A stretch of 64,000 nucleotides of DNA, taken from positions 30,682 through 94,681 of IMG/VR virus record IMGVR_UViG_3300025430_000014. One strand, written 5' to 3'. Source of the stretch: a virus (Duplodnaviria > Heunggongvirae > Uroviricota > Caudoviricetes). Positions 40,654 to 49,726 of this stretch are shown piece by piece. The translations under genes and the position numbers were made by a program. Each line of letters begins with the position of its first letter. Position 1 is the first letter of the stretch. The notes below the pieces were generated by a model that worked only from the letters and a program-made list of their open reading frames with translations, did not search any database and was not told the DNA's origin.

Positions 40654-41775
40654 TTAAGAAGGTATATACATTATATAATAAGTGGCAAGTACAGGTTGGA
40701 TGTTATTATGAGATCCACCTCCGCCTGTATTAGAGTTTGTTACACTAACTGATGTAGTCACTGAATTAGTTAAACCTACATTAGCAACACCAGTTCCAGA
40801 AGTTAAACGATATGAACCATTTCCACCATCAGAATGATCGTACCAAATAGGATGACTAGCATCTATATTTACTCCTGTATCACCTCCTAAATTAGTTGAT
40901 GTAAGATGTGAGTGAGGAGTTTCTCCTACAGTTGTAGTGTGTGTATGTGAAGGTATTTGCGAAGTGGCTAATGTCACTGAATTAGCACCTTCTGTTCCTA
41001 AGAAAGTATAATTAGGGTTACCAGCATATATAGGATCCACTGCAGGATTTAAAGGTCCACCAGGAACATTATAAATAGCCCCAACTCCCACTCTACCTCT
41101 TTTATCTGGAGTACCATTTTCACCATTACACAAGTACACTTTATTCCATCCTCGTGAAGAAAGACCTGCACCTGTACCATCAAAGTTACTTAATGGTCCA
41201 TAATATTCAACCACTGTATAAGGAACCATCTTTGTATATTGTTGAGTTCCTGCATTTATACTATTTAAATAAGATTGTATTAAGCCATTTAAATCAGCAA
41301 TCTTTACATAGTTAGTATTTACATCAAGAGTGAGTGCTGTAAGATTTGTAACAGTGGTACAAAGCTGTGTAATAATAGCTTGTACAACATCATGTGTATT
41401 TGATGAAGAAGTTACACCATCTAAACATCCCACTGTATATGGAGCATTTAGTGTACTTAATATTCCATCTATTGTAACCACTTGACCTTGTAAATTACAA
41501 GCAGCTCTTACCAAAGCTGTTAATACATCAAGAAGAGTAGGAGTTCCTCCTGGTAAATATTGAGTGACAAGACTACAATAATATGAAGGGTTGATTGTGA
41601 TATCAATACCTGTTCCATCTAAAAATGAAACTACTTTCTCAATAAGTGTATTCTCAATACACAAGAGATTAGTTGGTATAGTGATACCTAATGCAGGTAC
41701 AGCTGCTCCTGTATAATTAACACATTTATCTGATACACTCTCAGTGCAGCCATTATAACAATTATCACAAGACAT
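40654..41775 (-). CDS. Tail fibre / receptor-binding protein paralog (373 aa) with the same N-terminal module (CVNYTGAAVPALGITIPTNLLCIENTLIEKV)
   Basis: Complete ORF, ATG 41775. It shares the C-x-C...CV.Y.G..L..GI...N.L....L.K(I/V) pattern with the two other fibre genes. Confidence 0.7.
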   Translation of the reverse strand: MSCDNCYNGCTESVSDKCVNYTGAAVPALGITIPTNLLCIENTLIEKVVSFLDGTGIDITINPSYYCSLVTQYLPGGTPTLLDVLTALVRAACNLQGQVVTIDGILSTLNAPYTVGCLDGVTSSSNTHDVVQAIITQLCTTVTNLTALTLDVNTNYVKIADLNGLIQSYLNSINAGTQQYTKMVPYTVVEYYGPLSNFDGTGAGLSSRGWNKVYLCNGENGTPDKRGRVGVGAIYNVPGGPLNPAVDPIYAGNPNYTFLGTEGANSVTLATSQIPSHTHTTTVGETPHSHLTSTNLGGDTGVNIDASHPIWYDHSDGGNGSYRLTSGTGVANVGLTNSVTTSVSVTNSNTGGGGSHNNIQPVLATYYIMYIPS

Positions 41776-41782
41776 TTTAAAA

Positions 41783-42049
41783 TTATTTATGGATTAATAC
41801 TATCACTCTACTAGCTATCATTTGCACACTAAAGGGCATAGCATAGTCTGGATTACAACTCTTATACGTTAGTATTTGTTTGTAATTTAATAAGTCGTTA
41901 ACTAGTTCACCTGATATATATTTGTTTAAAGAAAATACAATATTATTATATTGATCATTAGCTAAATCAGTTAGCTTACAATTAATATCATTTAATAATG
42001 CAGGTATACTAGCACACTCTATACAATCTGTTAATCTTGTGTATAACAT
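41783..42049 (-). CDS. Small hypothetical protein (88 aa)
   Basis: Complete ORF, ATG 42049. Confidence 0.55.
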   Translation of the reverse strand: MLYTRLTDCIECASIPALLNDINCKLTDLANDQYNNIVFSLNKYISGELVNDLLNYKQILTYKSCNPDYAMPFSVQMIASRVIVLIHK

Positions 42050-42161
42050 TTTTTATTCTTTGAGCTACTTGTTTTGACTTGTAATTACAAGCTGAACATA
42101 AGCCATTAATTAATTGACATCCACATCCAACTTGGATGCCACATTCTCTACAGTTTGCCAT
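42009..42161 (-). CDS. Possible small Cys-rich (zinc-ribbon-like) protein, 50 aa: MANCRECGIQVGCGCQLINGLCSACNYKSKQVAQRIKNVIHKINRLYRVC
   Basis: Hand-translated, so below the track cutoff. Its ATG at 42161 lies 1 nt after the upstream stop (42163-42165). It overlaps the start of 41783..42049 by 40 nt in another frame. Confidence 0.3.
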   Translation of the reverse strand: MANCRECGIQVGCGCQLINGLCSACNYKSKQVAQRIKNVIHKINRLYRVC

Positions 42162-42162
42162 A

Positions 42163-42723
42163 TTAATAAAAGTTAATTACGTAGTTATTACCAGTACATC
42201 CACAATTATTTCTTATAAAATTGTTTAGCATGTTGTCTGCTTGTACGTATAACTTATTTGCTGTATCTACAGCACAGTTATTAGCAGCAGCAACTGCTCC
42301 TTGTATCATAAAATAGATTGTACTTAGAGTCACCTTAGATTGTGTTCTAATTGCTGAATCACATTCCATCATGTCAAGTTTCATAAATGCAGAATCATAC
42401 TTCTCTTGTATAATGTCTATACGCATGAATGTCTTTGTTACAAAATTGGTTTGAGCAGGAGCAACAGAATAAGTAGCAGTCCAAACTCCATCAGGAAGAG
42501 GAAGTAAGGGTTGACCTGATGTGCTAAGTCCTAATGTAAGTGAGTTATAAGTATTAAAACTCAACGGTGTAAAAGGAAGAACCACAGGTGTTGTATATCC
42601 TGGAATAATAAAACTCATACTAGGACTGGTAACAGTAGGAGGGTTAGTATCATAAATTGATATATCCGCTATACCTAATGTATTTGCAGTGTAAGTATTT
42701 ATTACTAAAAAATCTAAAGTCAT
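42163..42723 (-). CDS. Structural protein (186 aa from ATG 42723; the track ORF begins at GTG 42771 inside the upstream terminator hairpin)
   Basis: The codon at 42769-42771 is GTG (plus-strand cac). The first ATG, MTLDFLVINTYT, is at 42723. Confidence 0.65.
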   Translation of the reverse strand: MTLDFLVINTYTANTLGIADISIYDTNPPTVTSPSMSFIIPGYTTPVVLPFTPLSFNTYNSLTLGLSTSGQPLLPLPDGVWTATYSVAPAQTNFVTKTFMRIDIIQEKYDSAFMKLDMMECDSAIRTQSKVTLSTIYFMIQGAVAAANNCAVDTANKLYVQADNMLNNFIRNNCGCTGNNYVINFY

Positions 42724-42730
42724 CTTATTT

Positions 42731-42780
42731 AAAATAAAAATACCAGAGGATTTGAGAATTAATCCTCTCACCCTCTGGTA
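42731..42780 (-). terminator. Strong rho-independent terminator after the 386-aa structural gene
   Basis: Minus-strand RNA: UACCAGAGG-N-CCUCUGGUA (9-bp perfect stem, inner GAGGA/UCCUC stem) followed by UUUUUAUUUU. Confidence 0.65.
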
Positions 42781-42808
42781 TAGGTTATATGATACCTACT
42801 TTATTCTA

Positions 42809-43969
42809 TTAAGGAATCAAAGTAGTTGTTGAAGTTGTTGTACTAGTACTAGAAGTAGAGCTGGTAGTGGTTGTTGTTACACAAGCATTATCAGAAGCTA
42901 CAGCACCTAAAGCAGCAACTAAGATAGCTTCGATTGCAGAAGTGTATCCTTGAGGAACAGCAATTATTGAACTACTATCTTCTTGAATATAAGCACCCCA
43001 TTCGTAAGCAGATTTGTCAAACGCATTATACTTAATGTAATAAGTATCGTACGTAGTACCAGTTGATACCCAAGATTCAAAGTTCTCATTGTAACCAACC
43101 ATTCTGTATAAATGTTTCAAATATCCAGCTTGGTAGCTATAAAAGTTCTTTTCTAATTGTTGAATCTCAGCAGCTGTACCAGTTGCATAAGAAGAACGTT
43201 GAATGATAACAGGTTCAGCAACAAAGTTACATCTGTCAGCAACAATAAAGTCAGCAGTTGTAGCAGGACCAGAATAAACGAAGGTACGGAAATAGAACCT
43301 ATCGTATTCAAAAGGATCTGCAGCAACATCACAAGGTTGTCCATAAACAGTTAATGGTTTACCAGTGATTTGTAAAACAGCAGTTTGATCATCACCAATT
43401 CTTTCAAATGTGTAGAAAGTGTTGAAGCTAATGTTATCTGGGTTGTCACCAGGAGCTTGTTGTGTTAACTTAATGATGAAAGCATCAATTAAAGCAGGAA
43501 CATCAACATCAGTGCAAGGGTTTCCACCACAATCGCAACAAGGAGCTTGAACAGTTACACTACGAGTGAAACCATTAAAGTACAATGTGTCAACATAGCT
43601 AGAAAATCCACGTAAAGTTAAAGTTACAATATCACCACATTTAACTGTCCAACCACCAACTTGAGTGATTTGGTTAGCTGCTGTAGGACATCCATTAACT
43701 TTGTACCATTGAGTTACGTTAGTACCGTAAGCTGAATTGTTGATACCAGAGATTTTGTCTGAACGTTTAGATCCTTGTAAATAGGTATTAACTCTACCTT
43801 GTGCTAAATAGAAGTAGGGAGATGCAGCAATGTTACCTGAAGTGGCAACTGTGTAATCGCTTTTGAAAATCCCAAACTGACCAGCTGTTAAATTTTGTGT
43901 AGATCCAGAGCTAGGTAGAGTATTTCCTACTGGAACCACAAAGAGCGTGGTTAATGAAAAATCGGCCAT
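42809..43969 (-). CDS. Probable abundant structural protein (386 aa) ending in a poly-Thr/Ser tail (TTTTTSSTSSTSTTTSTTTLIP). Candidate major tail, decoration or head-fibre protein
   Basis: Complete ORF, ATG 43969. It is followed by the strongest terminator in the operon. Confidence 0.6.
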   Translation of the reverse strand: MADFSLTTLFVVPVGNTLPSSGSTQNLTAGQFGIFKSDYTVATSGNIAASPYFYLAQGRVNTYLQGSKRSDKISGINNSAYGTNVTQWYKVNGCPTAANQITQVGGWTVKCGDIVTLTLRGFSSYVDTLYFNGFTRSVTVQAPCCDCGGNPCTDVDVPALIDAFIIKLTQQAPGDNPDNISFNTFYTFERIGDDQTAVLQITGKPLTVYGQPCDVAADPFEYDRFYFRTFVYSGPATTADFIVADRCNFVAEPVIIQRSSYATGTAAEIQQLEKNFYSYQAGYLKHLYRMVGYNENFESWVSTGTTYDTYYIKYNAFDKSAYEWGAYIQEDSSSIIAVPQGYTSAIEAILVAALGAVASDNACVTTTTTSSTSSTSTTTSTTTLIP

Positions 43970-43994
43970 TGTTTTTTATTTAAATTGTAAAAAA

Positions 43995-44726
43995 TTATTC
44001 GTTTGTTTGTATTCTATATATTGAACTTTGCATAGCACCTTGGTTCTCTGTATACATTGCTAGGTTCTGAACTGTTAAATCTAATAGTTCATCCTCTAAA
44101 TATAATTCAAGTTCACAATCACTATCTATTGAATCTGTTCCATCAAATCTTACATAACCAACTTTATCTATATACTGAGGATACCTCATATATGAAATGT
44201 TAATTGAAGTTGGTGTGAATGTTCCATCTGTGTATATATTCACTTCATCTGTTGACAAGAAGATAAATGTTTCTTGATATTCAAAAGATGGCTTATAGTG
44301 ATCGTTAGTTAAAAGAAACTGTAAGTCAGAATGTTTAGCTAAGTCTCTATTTATAAATACTTTTCTGTTAACACATGGACCTTTATCTGCTAATAAATAA
44401 GCATCAATATAAAACATATACATTGGAACCAATGAATGTATATCCGCACCCCACTGATTCAAGTCAGCATTCTTTAGATATAAAGGAAGGGGCTGGTGAT
44501 TATATGTAATGATTAAACTTTGTAGGTCTTCATAACGCTTTCTAAAAGCATCTAAACCTAAACCCGAAGCTGTACTAAACCCATCAACCTTTTGCTTAAT
44601 CAACTTGATCTGAGCTTCATTTAAAGCTAATATCTTATCTTCTAAGTTAATCTGTTGATGTTCGTTTGTTGATAGTTTATTTAGTTTCTGGTCAATTTTA
44701 TATAATAAACTATCTACAGGGATCAT
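43995..44726 (-). CDS. Structural protein (243 aa)
   Basis: Complete ORF; ATGA overlap with the upstream gene at 44723-44726. Confidence 0.7.
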   Translation of the reverse strand: MIPVDSLLYKIDQKLNKLSTNEHQQINLEDKILALNEAQIKLIKQKVDGFSTASGLGLDAFRKRYEDLQSLIITYNHQPLPLYLKNADLNQWGADIHSLVPMYMFYIDAYLLADKGPCVNRKVFINRDLAKHSDLQFLLTNDHYKPSFEYQETFIFLSTDEVNIYTDGTFTPTSINISYMRYPQYIDKVGYVRFDGTDSIDSDCELELYLEDELLDLTVQNLAMYTENQGAMQSSIYRIQTNE

Positions 44727-45691
44727 ACAGAAGCTAGTTTTTTAGTTTTTAATTTACCTTCTAGAGTTAATAGTTGATCTTGGTTATCTTCATCAGCAAG
44801 TATTTTCACTAAATCATCTTCATCTTTTGCTATTTCAAAATCACCTTCATAAACTTTACCATTAGGCTTTGATCTATATATTGAGTGTGCGATTGCTTGT
44901 TTTACTAAATCTTTAATATGGAGTAAGTTTTCTTTCATGTCTGCAAATCTACCAAAGATTTCTACAGGGTTTAAGCCTGCATATTTGCCATTCTTGAATT
45001 CTGTTTGTTTCAATAGGTTATCCACTTGGTTATACACCACTTCTTCTTTAGTATCATCACTAACAGGAAGTCCTAATAAGCGAGCTACCTTCTTCTTTTT
45101 CTCAGGAGTCATAGCATCAAACTTAATGATTGCTTTATTGATCAACTGTTTCTTCTTATACATCACTGCATTTTCAATCTCATCATCAGCTACATAGAAC
45201 TGTATATCTGCAGGATATTCACCACGTTCCCAAGCTTGATAGCTGGAAGCAATTGTTGGATGAACTCTTAACCATGCAAAAGCTAACTCTTGAAAAGGTT
45301 GTGAAAAATCAAAATAGTTATCACCATCCATAAGTTTCACAGGCTGTACATGCGTAGGATCATCTGTAGAAGTTGATAAACCATAGTTCCAAAATGAAGA
45401 TCTAGGACCTAAGTCAATATCACCTAAAGCAAGTTCAAGCTTCTTTCTTAAATCTGTTACTCTTTCTATTTCTAATTCTCTTTCTACTTTATCACCAATA
45501 CGTCTAATATAAGAAGCATTAGCATCAAGTCCTGTTCTGTACTGACCATCTAGTTCTTTGTAAGGATATTTGAAAACTCCTGTACCAGGAATTCTTGTCA
45601 TACCTTTCTGAGCAAGGCCACCTTGCATTGTTTGTAACTGAGAACTGTTGTAATCTTTCTTAATAGTTGAGATTTTTCCTATTTTTCCCAT
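44723..45691 (-). CDS. Structural protein (322 aa). Candidate head-tail connector/adaptor by position
   Basis: Complete ORF, ATG 45691. Confidence 0.65.
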   Translation of the reverse strand: MGKIGKISTIKKDYNSSQLQTMQGGLAQKGMTRIPGTGVFKYPYKELDGQYRTGLDANASYIRRIGDKVERELEIERVTDLRKKLELALGDIDLGPRSSFWNYGLSTSTDDPTHVQPVKLMDGDNYFDFSQPFQELAFAWLRVHPTIASSYQAWERGEYPADIQFYVADDEIENAVMYKKKQLINKAIIKFDAMTPEKKKKVARLLGLPVSDDTKEEVVYNQVDNLLKQTEFKNGKYAGLNPVEIFGRFADMKENLLHIKDLVKQAIAHSIYRSKPNGKVYEGDFEIAKDEDDLVKILADEDNQDQLLTLEGKLKTKKLASV

Positions 45692-45712
45692 AATGTAATT
45701 GTTTGTTTTTTA

Positions 45713-46021
45713 TTATTGGTTTATTTTATTATTTCTTCTTTCATGTGTAACAATTCTATGACAATTACAACATCTTATTTCACATTTATCAATTTCATCT
45801 TTTATAAGTTCTAATTTGTAAGCTTTTGTTACCATATGAGAAACATGATATAATTTAACACCTCTTACATGATCAAACTCTAAAACTCTAATATCTGAAT
45901 TCCCACAGTCTACACATGATTTATTTTCCAAATAATTTTTAACATACAATTTATTTCTGAGAATGGACTTATCCCTACTTCTTTTTTGAATTTCGTAGGT
46001 ATTCCATTTTTCCTTACCCAT
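45713..46021 (-). mobile_element. Free-standing HNH homing-type endonuclease (102 aa), inserted between the capsid gene and downstream structural genes
   Basis: CVDCGNSDIRVLEFDHVRGVK...CEIRCCNCHRIVTHER: CxxC...DH...N...CxxCH, a classic HNH/zinc architecture. Confidence 0.8.
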
Positions 46022-46119
46022 ATGTAGTTTATTTTATTTGGTTTGTTTGCAGATGGTGTTCGGTGAAGAACAGGGCAGCAAACCTATAATTTGTTCCCCC
46101 ATCTGTATTTGAGAAGACT

Positions 46120-46140
46120 CCCCCAGGGGTTGCCTGGGGG
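46120..46140 (-). other. GC-rich hairpin cccccagg-ggttg-cctggggg in the 180-bp GC-richer spacer between the MCP stop and the HNH gene
   Basis: 8-bp perfect stem in a ~30% GC genome. No clean U-tract on either strand. Confidence 0.4.
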
Positions 46141-46203
46141 GTAATTCTTCTCGGTATGTTGACTAGTGAGCTGTTCTTATGGTAAGCCACACCAGTACTG
46201 TTA

Positions 46204-47757
46204 TTAGAACTGTGGTATTTCTTCAATCAAAACTGTACGAGACAAATCTTCAATGAATACATCACAACGATCCTTCATCCAAATTTCATAACCAGGAAAT
46301 TTATTAGCAGAACTCATACCCTGAGATTTAGCAAAACCTAAGTGGTGACGAGTACCATCAATATAACCCCAAGTCATAGAAGGAGCACCTTTCATACGTA
46401 CTTCACGAATGTTATTAACCATTGAACCATCGCTCATAGGACTAACATCAAATACCATGAATACAGGTGTAGATTTTTTGTTCTGACCAAACTCTAAGTT
46501 TGTTTGTGGTAAATCTAATTCTTTTAAGTGAATCAATTCAACACGACCAGTTTCACGAGTAACCATTGCATCGAATGCAAAGTTATAAGTGATATGCTGA
46601 CCTTCACCTTGCATGTAACGGTTACCGCTATCTGCCATGAAAGTTAAACCAGAATTTAAAGCGTCATTCTTTAAAGCTTGTTGGAATACATCAAAACCAG
46701 CTTCATTAGTGTACATCTTAACTCTACGATCCTTAACATCAACACGTCTGTAGAACAAATCACCAAAAACCGAACGAATCAAGTTAGCAGTGAACTCACC
46801 ACGATTGTATTGTACTAAGTTACCATTGTTACGCATTCTGTGGTATACACCAGCAGATGTACGTTTTAATTCTTGTTTAGAACCATTAGTTTTAACGGTA
46901 CCAGGTCTAGCCCAGATCATACGTTTAACTTTTAATTCTAACATAGATTTACGCATCCAGAATTCAATGAACGGTTCCCATTTAACATCATTACGAGTTA
47001 AAGGTAATTGGTTCCTACGTTGAGGAGCATATACTAAGATGTCTAGTGGTTTACCAGAAGCATCACGCATCATTTTATCATCAGCCCATTCAGTAATTTT
47101 GTGCTCATAACCATATGCAGAACCTAAAGATTCAAACATTGTGATTTGTTCACCCAAACGAGGAAGACCTAATAAATCTTGGTCAAACTCACCGATAGCA
47201 GCATCAACTAGTTCTAATTCGATACCCACTTTCAAGAAGGTTGAATTTACATAGTCAACTGTTGGATTATCAGTTACAAGAGTAAAGCTGTACAAATATC
47301 CTACGTTCCAAGGAACTGGATCTTTAACTACATAGAAACGAGGACCATATTGACGAGTACCTACAGATACAATTGCATTTTTAGAGAACTCATTAGTGTC
47401 AATCACTAAAGAGAATTCTTGTCCATCAATACCAGGTTTGTCTAAATCTAGAGTGCTGGTAGGAACATCAATAATCTTAGGGAACTTGTAAGGTACTTGT
47501 ACCTGCCACTTCCAAGCATCACTGTTGTTATCAATATAGTAAGGAGTGCTCTTGTTAATCATATCCAAGAAGTCATTACTGTAAAGAGAACTCTGAGTGT
47601 ACAAACTGATAATTTTCTTATCATAGTCTGCTGGTTCAGTTGAGTGAAAGCTTTCCAAGTGGTTTGAATCTGTTAATTTACCTACAGCACGCTTATCCAT
47701 TGAAGCGACCCTAGCGTAAGTAAAACCAGTTAAACCTGGAATTGTCTGAATTGCCAT
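46204..47757 (-). CDS. Candidate major capsid protein (517 aa)
   Basis: Position and size, directly after the acidic scaffold-like gene and downstream of portal; ATG 47757. No search possible. Confidence 0.55.
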   Translation of the reverse strand: MAIQTIPGLTGFTYARVASMDKRAVGKLTDSNHLESFHSTEPADYDKKIISLYTQSSLYSNDFLDMINKSTPYYIDNNSDAWKWQVQVPYKFPKIIDVPTSTLDLDKPGIDGQEFSLVIDTNEFSKNAIVSVGTRQYGPRFYVVKDPVPWNVGYLYSFTLVTDNPTVDYVNSTFLKVGIELELVDAAIGEFDQDLLGLPRLGEQITMFESLGSAYGYEHKITEWADDKMMRDASGKPLDILVYAPQRRNQLPLTRNDVKWEPFIEFWMRKSMLELKVKRMIWARPGTVKTNGSKQELKRTSAGVYHRMRNNGNLVQYNRGEFTANLIRSVFGDLFYRRVDVKDRRVKMYTNEAGFDVFQQALKNDALNSGLTFMADSGNRYMQGEGQHITYNFAFDAMVTRETGRVELIHLKELDLPQTNLEFGQNKKSTPVFMVFDVSPMSDGSMVNNIREVRMKGAPSMTWGYIDGTRHHLGFAKSQGMSSANKFPGYEIWMKDRCDVFIEDLSRTVLIEEIPQF

Positions 47758-47789
47758 TGTGTTATTTTTTTAATTTTTGTTATATAAAT

Positions 47790-49058
47790 TTATTGAAACC
47801 ATGATGTATTCTTGACAGGAGCTTTAGATTTAATAGCACTCTTACTCGCCTGTCTAGCTACTTCTCCAAACAATTCATTAGATTTTTTGGTGATACCAGC
47901 CTTTTGAATTGTAGAGAGAGTAGGATCTTTTTCTAATATCTTCATTAGTAAAGCCATCTTAACTTTCTTTTCATGATTCTCAGGACGTTTAAGTTCCAGA
48001 ATAGTACGATCGAAATCTGTGAGTGTTTCTCCAGTGGGTGTTTTGTACTTATCTGTTACTAAGAAATCTTGTAGTTCACCAGCCAATTTAGGATTGAGAG
48101 CAATACCATCAAACTCTTTAGCTTTCAACTTCTCTTGTAGAATGTTACTTACATTCTGCTGATACTGTTGTTTAATAACTTGTTGTTGTTGTAATTGTAC
48201 TTCTCTTTGTTGTTCTAGTTGCTGAAGCTTTGCAGCTTCTTTTTTAACCAACACTTTATGATTTCTAGTTGCAACTGTTTCTAGATCACCATAATTTTTA
48301 AGTCTTTCTATTTCTGTTGTAACATCTTCAGGTTCATAACCTTGATCAGCTAGAGCCTGTTTGATCACTGATATTTGATTTGCTTCATCAGCAAGATCCA
48401 TTTCAGCAAAAGATTGTATTTTATTGAATGTACCAAAGTATTCTTTAGGATCAACTCCCTTTACAAATATGGCATCAAATGCTTGTTGATAATCTTCTCC
48501 AAATTGACCTATGAAGTTATTTACCACTTCAATAGCTCCTTTCTTTTTCTCTGCATTGAATCTTTCTAAGAATTCTTCAGGAGTAGAAACTATTGCTTCT
48601 TCTTCATCATCATCTTTAGAAAACACTCCTAACTTATATAGATCTTTTGAAAGAGCTGCGAACTGATTAGGTTCTTCTTCTCCTTCTGTATCTTCTTCAG
48701 ATGTACTATCAGCTACTTCCTGTAAAGTTTTCTTTGCAGGTTTAGCTGGTGTAGTTTCTTCCTCTCCTTCTTCCTCATCTTCATCTCCTAATAGGAAATC
48801 TTGAATTGATTTAGATGCATCTTCCTTTTCATTTGTATCTTCTGCTTTTGTATCTGGAATAACAGATTTAGCAGGAGCTTTCTTTGCAGGAGCTGCAGGA
48901 GCAGGTTCGTCTTTAATATCTTGAATATCGTCAGGATTAGTTGTGGATGTTTCTGGTGCAAACAAGTCATTTAAAAGTTCTTGACTTCCTGTACCAAACT
49001 CCATAGTATTTTCAATACTGAAGTTTCCCATTTGGGGAGTATCTAGATTTTCAGCCAT
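47790..49058 (-). CDS. Candidate scaffolding protein (422 aa): highly acidic, Glu/Lys-rich, coiled-coil-like (EEEGEEETTPAKPAKK; QQLEQQREVQLQQQQVIKQQYQQ)
   Basis: Composition and position immediately upstream of the capsid candidate. Confidence 0.5.
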   Translation of the reverse strand: MAENLDTPQMGNFSIENTMEFGTGSQELLNDLFAPETSTTNPDDIQDIKDEPAPAAPAKKAPAKSVIPDTKAEDTNEKEDASKSIQDFLLGDEDEEEGEEETTPAKPAKKTLQEVADSTSEEDTEGEEEPNQFAALSKDLYKLGVFSKDDDEEEAIVSTPEEFLERFNAEKKKGAIEVVNNFIGQFGEDYQQAFDAIFVKGVDPKEYFGTFNKIQSFAEMDLADEANQISVIKQALADQGYEPEDVTTEIERLKNYGDLETVATRNHKVLVKKEAAKLQQLEQQREVQLQQQQVIKQQYQQNVSNILQEKLKAKEFDGIALNPKLAGELQDFLVTDKYKTPTGETLTDFDRTILELKRPENHEKKVKMALLMKILEKDPTLSTIQKAGITKKSNELFGEVARQASKSAIKSKAPVKNTSWFQ

Positions 49059-49195
49059 ATGTAGTTATATTTATTTGGTTTTCAAGTTGTAAAAGTATAT
49101 TACTTAATGTTAATAGCAAAGAGATAAGTGGTATAATGAATCATTATTCAGGATAATATAGCATTAATATTTTTTACTCTAATGAAAAATGTTTA

Positions 49196-49723
49196 TCATT
49201 CTTTAAAAACTGTAAACATCTTAGTGGTTACAATCCTTCCAAAGTACACTTTAAGAACAGCAACACCCATATCATCACACTCACCTTTGAGCTTATTCTT
49301 AATTTGTGTAAGGGTTTTTCTATCTTTTATCTCATCAAAGGTGCAGTCTGTTAAGTGATCTGCTATCACTCCTCTAGCTATATCGTGTAGATTATCAGCT
49401 GCATTGTTTGTATCTATTAGATACTTCTTAAAGTCAACTATATCAAATTTGATAATAGGTTCTACACTCACCTGTTTGTTATCAGCAGTGGTGATGTCTA
49501 CAGCTGCTACATGAAAGGTGTCTGTAGTCTTTATCACTGTATGTATCTCATCAATGAACGGTAACTTGAAATTCAATCCTTCCTTCAGCTCATGCTTATA
49601 TTTACCAAGTCTAAGTAACACTCCTCCCTCATAACATCTAAGGATGGACCAGGGAGATAAGTAGTCTTTCCACTTCTCTCCCAGCCATTCCAGGGAATTT
49701 ATTATAATGTTACCATCGAGCAT
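49196..49723 (-). CDS. Hypothetical head-module protein (175 aa)
   Basis: Complete ORF between the portal and scaffold candidates. Confidence 0.6.
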   Translation of the reverse strand: MLDGNIIINSLEWLGEKWKDYLSPWSILRCYEGGVLLRLGKYKHELKEGLNFKLPFIDEIHTVIKTTDTFHVAAVDITTADNKQVSVEPIIKFDIVDFKKYLIDTNNAADNLHDIARGVIADHLTDCTFDEIKDRKTLTQIKNKLKGECDDMGVAVLKVYFGRIVTTKMFTVFKE

Positions 49724-49726
49724 AGG

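Noticed and set aside
46120-46140. The G/C hairpin after the capsid gene as a canonical rho-independent terminator
   Set aside because: There is no clean U-tract on either strand after the stem, so it is reported as a structured element only
46029-46226. 65-aa minus ORF overlapping the MCP stop and the GC-rich spacer
   Set aside because: It overlaps the 3' end of the capsid gene and has GC-rich spacer composition. More likely a structured non-coding region
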